From contig JBDRNT010000099.1 in the NCBI GenBank assembly GCA_043810925.1, positions 1-52,578 of the forward strand: a DNA stretch of 52,578 nucleotides, read 5' to 3'. Of this stretch, positions 28,157-37,005 are shown piece after piece; positions within the stretch are counted from its first letter, which is position 1; each line of letters starts with the position of its first letter. The DNA is from Candidatus Eiseniibacteriota bacterium. GTDB lineage: Bacteria; Arandabacterota; Arandabacteria; Arandabacterales; Arandabacteraceae. The notes below the pieces were generated by a model. The model was not told where the DNA came from, searched no databases, and saw only the letters and a list, made by a program, of their open reading frames with translations. Made by a program: the position numbers and the translations under genes.

Positions 28157-29188
28157 CTATACGAACCGCGCGATGATCCAGAGCGCCAATCCCACCGCAG
28201 CCGCTGCGATCTGAAGCGGCACGGCAACCCGCATCTCTTTCCTGACACCTGAGAGTGAAGTGTATGTTGAAGCGCCGGTTAAGTTCATGGCACAGAACGA
28301 TGATATCGAAGTGAAAATAAGTGCCCATGCGACGGCCTCAAGCGGCATGCTGCCCACGAGTCCCGCCGTCAGGGCAATCAGGAACGCAAGCGCACCGGAA
28401 ACCATCCCCTTGGATGAGAAACTTCGCCCGGGAAGCCACGGAAGCAGTGCGGGTGCCAGCGCCAACCCGGCCAAATAGGCAAGTATCAGGTTAAGGGCCG
28501 AGCGGCTCCCAACCTGTAACGTGAGTTGCGAGGAATAGCCGCTCCTGTTGAGCCCGGCCAGTATGACGAAAAGGCCCATCACGGGAAACAGATACTTCAG
28601 ACCCTGCAGGATCTCGGCCGGAATCAAGCGGGCCCGGTCACGTAGGTTAAACCTAACGCGTCGCATCTCACGTGTGGCAACCATTCCGGCTTTGAGAAAT
28701 GGATGTATGTCTGAGGCACGGACGGGACCGAACACTAATGAGAACCCGGATGATTTCCTGACCTCATGGGCGGCCACGCCCGTCGCACCCAGCTGGGGTG
28801 CTATGATCTTCCGGTGACTGACCACTTCTTTTAGTCTGGTCTGCTCGATGCGGTTGACCATCTCCTCGGTACCGAAGGTGCCCTTCCCGGCAGCGCACCA
28901 TACGTTGATACCATTCGTATCAAGCACCATGGTCCATGCATCCAGCCCCTTGAGTTCCCGGCGGAGGGTGTCGAAGCTCAGCTTGTAATTCGCGGAAGCG
29001 AAGACCAGCGAGTCCTCACCGGGATTGCCGACGGCGTAGAGACCAGGGTCCACCGTGTAATCCATCCGGCGGATCGCCCAGGTCGCCTTAAGATCGCCCC
29101 ACCTGTCCGCCCGGCTGAGTTCTGTGGATACTACGGGAACGTCTCCCGCGTTTGTGGCGACCGATCCTGTTATGTATTCCTTACCCAT
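28157..29188 (-). CDS. hgcA: Mercury methylation corrinoid protein HgcA
   Basis: Cap-helix motif GINVWCAAGKG, ANYKLSFD, PQLGATGV, C-terminal TM helices with NLTGASTYTSLSGVRKEM. Confidence 0.97.
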   Translation of the reverse strand: MGKEYITGSVATNAGDVPVVSTELSRADRWGDLKATWAIRRMDYTVDPGLYAVGNPGEDSLVFASANYKLSFDTLRRELKGLDAWTMVLDTNGINVWCAAGKGTFGTEEMVNRIEQTRLKEVVSHRKIIAPQLGATGVAAHEVRKSSGFSLVFGPVRASDIHPFLKAGMVATREMRRVRFNLRDRARLIPAEILQGLKYLFPVMGLFVILAGLNRSGYSSQLTLQVGSRSALNLILAYLAGLALAPALLPWLPGRSFSSKGMVSGALAFLIALTAGLVGSMPLEAVAWALIFTSISSFCAMNLTGASTYTSLSGVRKEMRVAVPLQIAAAAVGLALWIIARFV

Positions 29189-29247
29189 ACCTCGAATATA
29201 TCAAGTTTCAGCAGTGGACAGCTGTCTTTTTTCCCACTCGTCGGGTG

Positions 29248-29322
29248 GTAGCGTCGGGGTTCCAGCCCCGATGACCTTCTAAGCGCCGCCTGCGTAGACG
29301 CGGCGCTACATTTCAAGACCTG
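29248..29322. repeat. Second GTAG-type REP pair, upstream of hgcA
   Basis: gtagcgtcggggttccagccccga plus inverted arm ending cgctacatttcaagacctg, identical to the end of the 10521-10610 element. Confidence 0.75.
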
Positions 29323-29334
29323 CCCCCAAGGATG

Positions 29335-29919
29335 TTACAGTACGTCGGGAGGTGGCTTCTCCGTTTCCGCGGGCTGCCGACAATTGCGTGCCCGGAAGGC
29401 TAGAATCAGCCAGAGTATCCCAAGTATCAGGACGCACAGACCGACCATCCAGGTGACCACTGCACCCGCTGTAAGCGGCCTGACGAGCAGTACGAGTCCA
29501 AAGATCACCGAGACCACACCGACCAGGATAGGCATCCATTCACCATGGACATCTTTCCTGAGCCTGAGCGCATTGTGGATCTCCATACCACCGTAAACGA
29601 GCGCCCACGCTGCGATCAGGTAGAAGATGACCACGGTGAAGACGGCGGGCCAGGCTATCGTTATGCCACCGATTACAATACCGATCAATCCCGGGATCAG
29701 CACCAGCAGCCATCTCTTGGACGGCGACCGGTGCATCAATGCTCCCACGGTTGCCAGTATTCCCACCACGAGCACGAAGATGCCCAGAAGCGTGACGATG
29801 AATTCCAGTATGCGATCAGGCCAGGTGATCGCGAGGATACCGAAGAGTACTGCCACCAATCCCCGGATAAGAAGCGACCACCAGGTGCGCTGGTAAAGCG
29901 ATGCAAGAACGCCGGGCAT
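29335..29919 (-). CDS. HdeD/DUF308 family membrane protein
   Basis: WWSLLIRGLVAVLFGILAITWP and repeated TM hairpins; SD AAGGAGG. Confidence 0.88.
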   Translation of the reverse strand: MPGVLASLYQRTWWSLLIRGLVAVLFGILAITWPDRILEFIVTLLGIFVLVVGILATVGALMHRSPSKRWLLVLIPGLIGIVIGGITIAWPAVFTVVIFYLIAAWALVYGGMEIHNALRLRKDVHGEWMPILVGVVSVIFGLVLLVRPLTAGAVVTWMVGLCVLILGILWLILAFRARNCRQPAETEKPPPDVL

Positions 29920-29938
29920 GGGAAACCTCCTTGTTTGC

Positions 29939-30101
29939 GAATTCGGTGACAGTTTACTAATTACCGGAACACTACCGCAAACATATAATTTGGTGCCAGC
30001 TTACTAATTATCCAACCATCTCTACACTCACCTGCTGATCAGTCCTGTCTACAAGGGTGTCTTGATAATTAGTAAGCTGGCACCAAATTTGGCACCGAAT
30101 T
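29939..30101. repeat. Cluster of AATTYGGTGMCAG palindromic repeats
   Basis: Perfect 26-bp inverted repeat 29987-30012 / 30064-30089, plus related copies at 29939-29957 and 30090-30101. Confidence 0.8.
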
Positions 30102-30102
30102 A

Positions 30103-31458
30103 TCAGTTGCCGGTGATCCGGTCGAGTTCATCGACTGAGATACCGAGCTCCCTGGCTGCAGTGTCTTTCTGCATGTCAACATGCTTGAGGGTTCTGATGA
30201 CGTGCTCTCTTATCACGTCATCGAGCTTCCTCGGAATGAAGTCTTCATCCGTCATGACCTTCTCGCGCTCGATCATGTCATGTATGAAAGGTGGGAGGGA
30301 CTGGACCGTTACGGTGCTGGTCTCCGAGCTGGCCGCAGCACCTGCTATTATTGTGCGGAGCTCCTGGATGTTGTTGGGGAAGCTGTAATCCTGTAAGTAC
30401 TCGACAAAGTCCGGGGAAAAGCCATCCAGCGCCCGCCCGCTTCGCATGCTCTCCTCTGCAAGGAATTCCTCTGCAATCAACGGGAGGTCTCCCATCCTGT
30501 CCCGGAGAGGGGGGACGCGGATCGAGTTGACCATCAGGTGATAAAGCAGGTCTCTTGAGAACTTGTCTTTGTATTCGGGGCTGGTGAGATCCTTCGTTGA
30601 TGCCACGATCATTCGGACATCCACACGTCTGATCTGGGTGGAATTCTCCCTGTAGAATTCGCCCGTCTGGATGAAGCGCTTTAGCCTCACCTGCATGGGA
30701 TTTGAAAGCGCATCTATATGATTGAGAAACAGGGTCCCTCTGTTTGCTTCCTCAAGAATGCCCGGTTGCTCTTCTCTGGAGCCGCTCCATGTCTTGTCCT
30801 GACCGAAGAAGAAGGCGGGGAAACTCTCGGGATCCTGACTGTCAGCCTCGGCGGGAACAAATGGCTTGCCGCCCCGCGGGCTCGCCTTGTGGATGGCCCT
30901 GGCCAGGGCTTCCTTACCCGTCCCGCTCTCGCCCCAGATGAAGATGCTCAAGTCCCCCGCGGCCAGTCTTTCAGCCTGGTGAAACAGGCGGATCATGCCC
31001 TGATCGTGGGTGGTGAAGTGATCGAACGCGGCTTCGTGCTGAAGATCTTTGCGCTTGAGCTCATCCGGCAGTGTTTCAAGGGTCCGGTGGAGTACACTGT
31101 GCTCCATGGCGTTATTGAGTGTCGTCAGGAGATTCTCGTCATCGACGGGCTTGATCAGATAGTCAAAGGCCCCCATCTTCATAGCTCTTACAGCAAGGTC
31201 GACATCGCTGACTCCGGTGAGCACTACGGCCGGCGTATCCAGTCCCCGGGCCCGCATGTCGTTCAGGATGTCCATGCCGCTTACGTTAGGCATGTCCATA
31301 TCAAGCAGGACTATATCGAATGTCTCTCTGCCGAGCAGATCGGAGACCTCTCTGGAATCGTTCACAATGGTCGTTTCAAAGAGTCCGGTCTGCATCAGGA
31401 AGACCATGAGGTAGTTGGTCACAGCAGGGTCATCATCCACGATAAGTATCTTCTTCAT
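30103..31458 (-). CDS. NtrC-like response regulator (REC-AAA-HTH) with degenerate AAA motifs
   Basis: REC LLDMDMP; Walker A GESGTGKE; GAFTGA replaced by KTWSGS; Walker B reads LFLNHI. Confidence 0.9.
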   Translation of the reverse strand: MKKILIVDDDPAVTNYLMVFLMQTGLFETTIVNDSREVSDLLGRETFDIVLLDMDMPNVSGMDILNDMRARGLDTPAVVLTGVSDVDLAVRAMKMGAFDYLIKPVDDENLLTTLNNAMEHSVLHRTLETLPDELKRKDLQHEAAFDHFTTHDQGMIRLFHQAERLAAGDLSIFIWGESGTGKEALARAIHKASPRGGKPFVPAEADSQDPESFPAFFFGQDKTWSGSREEQPGILEEANRGTLFLNHIDALSNPMQVRLKRFIQTGEFYRENSTQIRRVDVRMIVASTKDLTSPEYKDKFSRDLLYHLMVNSIRVPPLRDRMGDLPLIAEEFLAEESMRSGRALDGFSPDFVEYLQDYSFPNNIQELRTIIAGAAASSETSTVTVQSLPPFIHDMIEREKVMTDEDFIPRKLDDVIREHVIRTLKHVDMQKDTAARELGISVDELDRITGN

Positions 31459-33338
31459 CAGTTCTCCTTGGTGCTGACCTTGGTGCCCTTCGTAGCCGGA
31501 ACTCTTATGGTGAACGTGGTCCCAACACCAAGTTCACTCGTGACAGAGATGTTTCCCTTGTGTTCCTCAATGATCTTAAAAGCGATGGCAAGGCCCAGAC
31601 CCGTACCTCCCTTTGCGCGCTTGGTCGTAAAGAACGGGTCGAATATCTGCCTGAGTGTCTTCTCGCTCATTCCGTACCCGTTGTCCTTGACTTCGACCAG
31701 CACGTGCTCGTCCTCGGCACGGGTACTGACCGTAATCAGGCCTTTCTTGTCATCAGGCATTGCCTGGCCGGCATTTACGAGGAGATTGATCAGTACCTGC
31801 TCTATCTTCTGCGAATTGCCGATAAAGGTCGGGAGATTCCTGGTCAGGTCGAGTTTGATCTCTGCCCGTTTGTGTACTTCGTTGTGGACCAGTCTTGCAC
31901 TCGCCTCAACCAGTGTATTGATGTCAACCGTATCCACGAGGAGCCCTTCATCCTTTCTCGCGAATGTCCTTAAGCTCTCCACAATCGCCTTAATACGCTC
32001 CGAGCCATGGTCCATGTCGTTGACCAGGGTCATGATGTGCTCACGGAAGAAATCATAGTTGAGCCTGGCGATTTTAAGGTCGCTGTTTGTCTGGTAGTGC
32101 CGATCCACTATGGGGAGCATGTCCTCAAGGGCTTGCTTCACGATCTTGATGTTCCCGCGAATGAACTGGTTGGGGTTGTTGATCTCATGTCCGATACCGC
32201 TCACGAGCTGCCCGAGTGAAGCGAGTTTGTCAGCCTGCTGGAGCTGCTGCTCGTAGGTCTTCTCAAGCGTAATATCCCTGTAAAACTCAAGAATACCGTC
32301 CACCTCATGGTCCTTGTTATAAACCGGCATGGCGTGGACTTGGAAGTATCTGTCATTATTCTTCAGAGACAGCATTAGAGGTGTCTTATCCTTGAGGATT
32401 CTCGCAAGGCGGCAGTCCTTGCATGGCGTGTCCCTTCCGAAGATGCCCTCATAGCAGTGCTTGCCCGGAGCGATGCCTTCACGGTTGGTCATCACTATCT
32501 TGCGGTTCTTGTCTATGAGCACCACATCGTCAGGAATCGCCTGGAACATGGTCTCCAACCGGCCCTTCGCTTCTTCCCAGCTCCCGCTTACCCGGTCGAG
32601 ATAGGAATTGACCACAGCGAGTTTATCCCTGTACTCCCTGCGCTCGAGTGCGAAGTCGAGTGTTCTTCCGATCTCATTGAGCATCTTCTGTTCTTCCGGA
32701 AGGAGTTCATGCTTGTCGTTGACATATCCGACCCGGATCTCACCCTTCTCCTCGCCCCCCACTACCAGCCTGACGGAGATGTAATGATCCGACACGGGCT
32801 TTTGACCGTATTCCAAGCCTTCATAGACCGAGTATACGACTACATCGTCCGGCGAGACCATTCCCGGACTCAGGTACCTGGGCAGATCGGTGAAGAACGC
32901 TCCTATACTCGGCGATATCTCTATCCATTCCATCACCCGGTAAAGACATGCGAGTTCCTTTATCCTCTCGTCCTTCTCCGACTCGGTGCTTCTCCTCAGG
33001 CTCTCAAGGACGTGGCCGAGGAAGAGATATATTCCGCCGTCATCTGTCGTTGCATATCCGGCCTTGAGCGGGATTGAAAGCCCCTCTTCTTTTGCAGCCG
33101 AAAACCGCGCGACACCGCGGCCACCCGTACGAGCCTTAGCCATCCCCGACCGGAATGTACCCAGCGATGATTCAGTCACCAGCTCGTCAAGCGCTGTTTC
33201 CTTCCCCGTCCAGCCCTCCGGAAGATAGTCCTTCTTAAAGAGGTCGCTCGCATGAATCACATGCCGGTCTTTGTCCAGGACGAGAAAGTAGTCGAAGTTG
33301 CCTTCGAGGAATTCATAGAGATTCTTGAGCCGGATCAT
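31458..33338 (-). CDS. Cytoplasmic PAS-domain sensor histidine kinase (NtrB-like)
   Basis: GIGHEINNP H-box, QVLINLLVNA, DNGYG, FDPFFTTK, GTGLGL; no TM segments. Confidence 0.93.
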   Translation of the reverse strand: MIRLKNLYEFLEGNFDYFLVLDKDRHVIHASDLFKKDYLPEGWTGKETALDELVTESSLGTFRSGMAKARTGGRGVARFSAAKEEGLSIPLKAGYATTDDGGIYLFLGHVLESLRRSTESEKDERIKELACLYRVMEWIEISPSIGAFFTDLPRYLSPGMVSPDDVVVYSVYEGLEYGQKPVSDHYISVRLVVGGEEKGEIRVGYVNDKHELLPEEQKMLNEIGRTLDFALERREYRDKLAVVNSYLDRVSGSWEEAKGRLETMFQAIPDDVVLIDKNRKIVMTNREGIAPGKHCYEGIFGRDTPCKDCRLARILKDKTPLMLSLKNNDRYFQVHAMPVYNKDHEVDGILEFYRDITLEKTYEQQLQQADKLASLGQLVSGIGHEINNPNQFIRGNIKIVKQALEDMLPIVDRHYQTNSDLKIARLNYDFFREHIMTLVNDMDHGSERIKAIVESLRTFARKDEGLLVDTVDINTLVEASARLVHNEVHKRAEIKLDLTRNLPTFIGNSQKIEQVLINLLVNAGQAMPDDKKGLITVSTRAEDEHVLVEVKDNGYGMSEKTLRQIFDPFFTTKRAKGGTGLGLAIAFKIIEEHKGNISVTSELGVGTTFTIRVPATKGTKVSTKEN

Positions 33339-33360
33339 TTGAATCTCCTTTCCGCTGCCC

Positions 33361-36300
33361 TCACGTCCTCACTCTGAACCTTTCGGTTCCCACCTCTCTG
33401 ATTTCCTTCTTGTACTTCTCGGCATGTGTTAGGGGAGGTTGAATCGATATCGTTCTGACTCCGGTTTCGGTCGGGACCACTCTCGCCTTATCGCGAGACA
33501 CCCTTTGCTGGCCGGTATTCCAGTAGAAGCACGTCAATGGACCCAGATTGCTCTCAACCTCTGTCCTGATCCGGGTGGTCAGGTCGCTTCCCACTTCTAT
33601 GCCGAACTCGACCGCCAGCTCCTCAAGCACCTCGCGTCCGGAGATACCGGCGGGCGGCCGGGTAGCAGTCGCGAACTCCATCAACCGGCCCTCGAAATTG
33701 CATCTTGTTCCCTCGGTTTCCAGATAGGTTGAACTGGGGAGTATAACATCTGCATACTGCGTGGTTTCCGTATTGGTCCAGTCCATGGCTGCCAGGAACT
33801 CGACATTCTCAAACCAGGCACCGGTCCGTCCCCAGGCCATGGGGTCTTCCCCGATAATGAGAGCTGCCCTAATCTCGCCGCTCTTGAGGAGACTCCTGAG
33901 CTCTTCATGGCTTCTGGCGCCACCGAGATCCTGACGACTCGGAATCCGTCCGGCCTCAAAGGCCGGGTCGGCTCCCATGATTTCAAGAGCCGCACTGTTT
34001 GCGATAATGCGTGGCAAGAGGATGTCCGCATGAACCCCGGTGGACCTTAAGAGAACCACGAAGTTTGCGAGCGTCTCCATATCGCCCGCGGACCGGTCCT
34101 GTGGTCGATCAGGACTGTGAATGAAAACAACTCGCTTCGCCTGCTTCACAATGTCAGCTGCTTTCCGGATTGCCTTTGGTTCTACCCCCGACGCCTCCGC
34201 CGCCTGGTCGATTCCCGCTTGCCCGGGGGCTTCAAAGAGAACCTGTATTATGCAATTCCAGAGGACCGCCGCCGTTCCGCGCATCGGATCCATGGCAACC
34301 GTAGATATCAGGCGATCGATCTTACCCAGGGCCGAGTTTGCGACGATCAACTTGGCGCCGCCCTTCACCGCCTGGATCACATCGACGGCGAGCACCTGAT
34401 GGTCTGCCTCAAGAGCTGTGTTGTTGCAGATTATGAGATCGGCTTCCCGGATCGAGCTCCGGTCGGCGGTCGATGCGGTGTATCCGAAAGACTTATCAAG
34501 AGCACCGGCTTCCTTCCCCGTCCCCATGATTGAGAGGGAGGCCACGTTGTTTGTCTTAAGCCCGTCCCTTGCTATGAGTCCGGCCAGGTAGAGCTCCTCA
34601 TTCGTGAGTTCGGGTGACACGAAGACACCGACTTTTTCCGGGCCGTACTTATCTCGAACCCGCTTCATCTCAGATACGATGAGTTGCTCGGCTTCGCACA
34701 GATCAGGTCTGTATCGCTCGCTTCCTCTCCGGATCGCGGCCTCTCTTATCCTCTTACGTTTTACGAAGAGCTCGTAACCGAATCTGCCATACCGGCACAG
34801 GTAGTCGCCGGGTTTCCCGGACGAAGCGATGTAGTACCGGCCTTCGCCGAACCTCTTCACCGTGATGGGACAGGCCAGCGAGCACAGTGCACAGTGTGAC
34901 GAGACGTCATCCGTATGAAGCGGCGCTCTGCCCGGGAAGGCATACTTAACCGTCAAAGCCCCGGTTGGACAGGCCTCCACGCAGTTTCCGCAGCTTGTAC
35001 AGCTGGTTTCGACAAGCGGATCATTAAGGGCTGGTCTCATCTCGGTTCTGAACCCCCGGCCGACAAGACCAAGGGCGGGTATGGCAAGCAGTCTTTCACA
35101 CGTCCTTATGCATCTCGCGCACAGGATGCACTTGTTCGGGTCATACACTACGTAGGGGTGACGATCGTCCACCTTGTGTTTACGCACGTAACCTTTGAGT
35201 CTATTCATGTCCACGCCGTACTCTTCGGCATACAGTCTGAGTTCACAGTCATCAAAGCGGATGCACCCGCATGAAAGGCACCTGTCACACTCATGCCGGT
35301 TATCCTCATACTCAAAACCCGTAGCCACTTCATCGAAGTTGCCTCTCCGGGCTTCCACGTCGATTGTGCGTACCTCATGACGCGGACTCTCACTTATATC
35401 TCCCAGCTCCGCCTTTCCCGGTTTGCTCCAGAACTCCTTGCGCACGATGAAAGGCTTTGCGGGTGGTTCCTCATCTGTCAGGTAGGAATGCACTGCGGCC
35501 GCCGCTCGCCTTCCATCGCGGATCGCGTCGATCACGACCGTCGGGCCGTCATCGGCGGCATCGCCACCGGCGAAGATACCCTCAACAGATGTCTTCATTG
35601 TCTCGGTATCCACTACAAAGGTGTTCCACTTGGAAAGCGAGACAGGTTTATCATCAACGGATGTCAACCCATCGACGACCGGGTCCTGGCCAATGGCTGC
35701 CACGGCCATCTGGCAGGGAAGGTCGAACTCCGACCCTTCCAACGGTACCGGTCGCCTCCTCCCCGAATCATCAGGTTCACCCAGTTTCATTCTTATGCAT
35801 CGCAGCGCCTTGAGTCTGCCGCCTGAGGCAACGATCCCGACAGGAGCCGCCAGTTCCATGATCTCGATTCCCTCATCGAGGCAATCGTCGATCTCCATCT
35901 CATCGGCGGGCATCTCGGCCTTCGTCCTCCGGTAAAGCACGATCACTTTGTCCGCGCCCAACCGCCAGAGGGTCCGTGCAGCATCCATCGCAGTGTTGCC
36001 ACCACCGACTATCACCACCGTACCCGAGACAGGTTCGCGATTATCGACACTCTGTTTCAGGAACTCAGCTCCGGATACGACACCTTCAGTCTCAAACTCG
36101 CCCTCGACCCTCATGGGCTTTCCTGCCCATGCGCCGGAGGCAACAAACACCGCCCCGTGTTTTTTCATCAACCCGTCGAGTGTGATGTCCTTACCCACAC
36201 GCGTGTTGTAGACGATCTCGCCTCCGGTCCTCAGGATGTAATCGACCTCGGCATCTATCACCTCATCAGGTAACCTGTAGGCGGGGATACCATAGCGGAG

Positions 36301-37005
36301 CATACCCCCGGACCGCGTCTGAGCCTCATAGATCACGACCTTGTGGCCCTTGCGTCCGAGGAACCATGCAGCCGTTAGACCGGCAGGACCGGCCCCGACT
36401 ATGCCGACCGACTTACCCGTCGGGGGAGAACACTGGGGGGCCGCCTCATAGATGCCCGGCGTGTCACTCACAAAACGTTTTACCGCGTTTATACCCACCG
36501 GCTTATCGACATCGCCGCGCCGGCACACGACCTCGCACTTGCGTACACAGACCCGGCCGCATATTGCCGGAAGAGGGTTGGTCTCGCGTATAAGGTCAAC
36601 CGCTTTCCTGTACTGACCCATCGCCGAAAGCGCAATATAGCCTTGAGCATCGACGCCGGCAGGGCAACCTTCGCGGCAGGGGGCAACGCAGTCTGCGAAA
36701 TGATTCGAGAGCAAAAGCTCCAATGCCGTTTTCCGGGCTGCGACCACCCGGTCACTACGGGTCTGTATCTTCATGCCGGCCGCTATCCTCGTGGCACACG
36801 CGGGAAGAAGGTTCCAGCGCCCCTCGACTTCCACGACACAGAGGAAGCACGATCCGTAGGGCTCAAGCTCCGGCGAGTGACAGAGCGTCGGTATATGATC
36901 AAGCCCCTTTTCATGCACCACCTCAAGTATGGTCTTGCCCGGAGAGGCTTCGATCTCCCGGCTGTTCACACTGATCTTGATCTTGTCAGGAAGTCCATTG
37001 CTCAT
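33361..37005 (-). CDS. Large Fe-S flavoprotein: NuoG-like N-terminus, GltD/NfnB-like FAD/NADPH module, 2x[4Fe-4S] and FDH-like domain lacking the Mo ligand
   Basis: IPTLC...C..C [2Fe-2S]; APCREGCP, CGRVC, GAGPAG, GGGNTAMD, YRR, GGDA; CILCARC, CTSCGNCVEACP; SPELTNEE...TNNV. ATG 37005 overlaps the upstream stop (ATGA). Confidence 0.88.
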   Translation of the reverse strand: MSNGLPDKIKISVNSREIEASPGKTILEVVHEKGLDHIPTLCHSPELEPYGSCFLCVVEVEGRWNLLPACATRIAAGMKIQTRSDRVVAARKTALELLLSNHFADCVAPCREGCPAGVDAQGYIALSAMGQYRKAVDLIRETNPLPAICGRVCVRKCEVVCRRGDVDKPVGINAVKRFVSDTPGIYEAAPQCSPPTGKSVGIVGAGPAGLTAAWFLGRKGHKVVIYEAQTRSGGMLRYGIPAYRLPDEVIDAEVDYILRTGGEIVYNTRVGKDITLDGLMKKHGAVFVASGAWAGKPMRVEGEFETEGVVSGAEFLKQSVDNREPVSGTVVIVGGGNTAMDAARTLWRLGADKVIVLYRRTKAEMPADEMEIDDCLDEGIEIMELAAPVGIVASGGRLKALRCIRMKLGEPDDSGRRRPVPLEGSEFDLPCQMAVAAIGQDPVVDGLTSVDDKPVSLSKWNTFVVDTETMKTSVEGIFAGGDAADDGPTVVIDAIRDGRRAAAAVHSYLTDEEPPAKPFIVRKEFWSKPGKAELGDISESPRHEVRTIDVEARRGNFDEVATGFEYEDNRHECDRCLSCGCIRFDDCELRLYAEEYGVDMNRLKGYVRKHKVDDRHPYVVYDPNKCILCARCIRTCERLLAIPALGLVGRGFRTEMRPALNDPLVETSCTSCGNCVEACPTGALTVKYAFPGRAPLHTDDVSSHCALCSLACPITVKRFGEGRYYIASSGKPGDYLCRYGRFGYELFVKRKRIREAAIRRGSERYRPDLCEAEQLIVSEMKRVRDKYGPEKVGVFVSPELTNEELYLAGLIARDGLKTNNVASLSIMGTGKEAGALDKSFGYTASTADRSSIREADLIICNNTALEADHQVLAVDVIQAVKGGAKLIVANSALGKIDRLISTVAMDPMRGTAAVLWNCIIQVLFEAPGQAGIDQAAEASGVEPKAIRKAADIVKQAKRVVFIHSPDRPQDRSAGDMETLANFVVLLRSTGVHADILLPRIIANSAALEIMGADPAFEAGRIPSRQDLGGARSHEELRSLLKSGEIRAALIIGEDPMAWGRTGAWFENVEFLAAMDWTNTETTQYADVILPSSTYLETEGTRCNFEGRLMEFATATRPPAGISGREVLEELAVEFGIEVGSDLTTRIRTEVESNLGPLTCFYWNTGQQRVSRDKARVVPTETGVRTISIQPPLTHAEKYKKEIREVGTERFRVRT

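Noticed and set aside
29189-29240. Sec-containing (CU) N-terminal extension of HgcA
   Set aside because: An upstream TGC-TGA is out of frame with hgcA; the in-frame TGA follows a Thr codon, and no SECIS-like hairpin follows.
29939-30101. CRISPR array
   Set aside because: Repeats are inverted and irregularly spaced, with no repeat-spacer periodicity and no cas genes.
30718-32058. 446-aa plus-strand ORF and other long antisense ORFs (e.g. 15122..16123, 37080..37919, 17963..18859)
   Set aside because: They are shadows of well-supported genes on the opposite strand and have no motifs.
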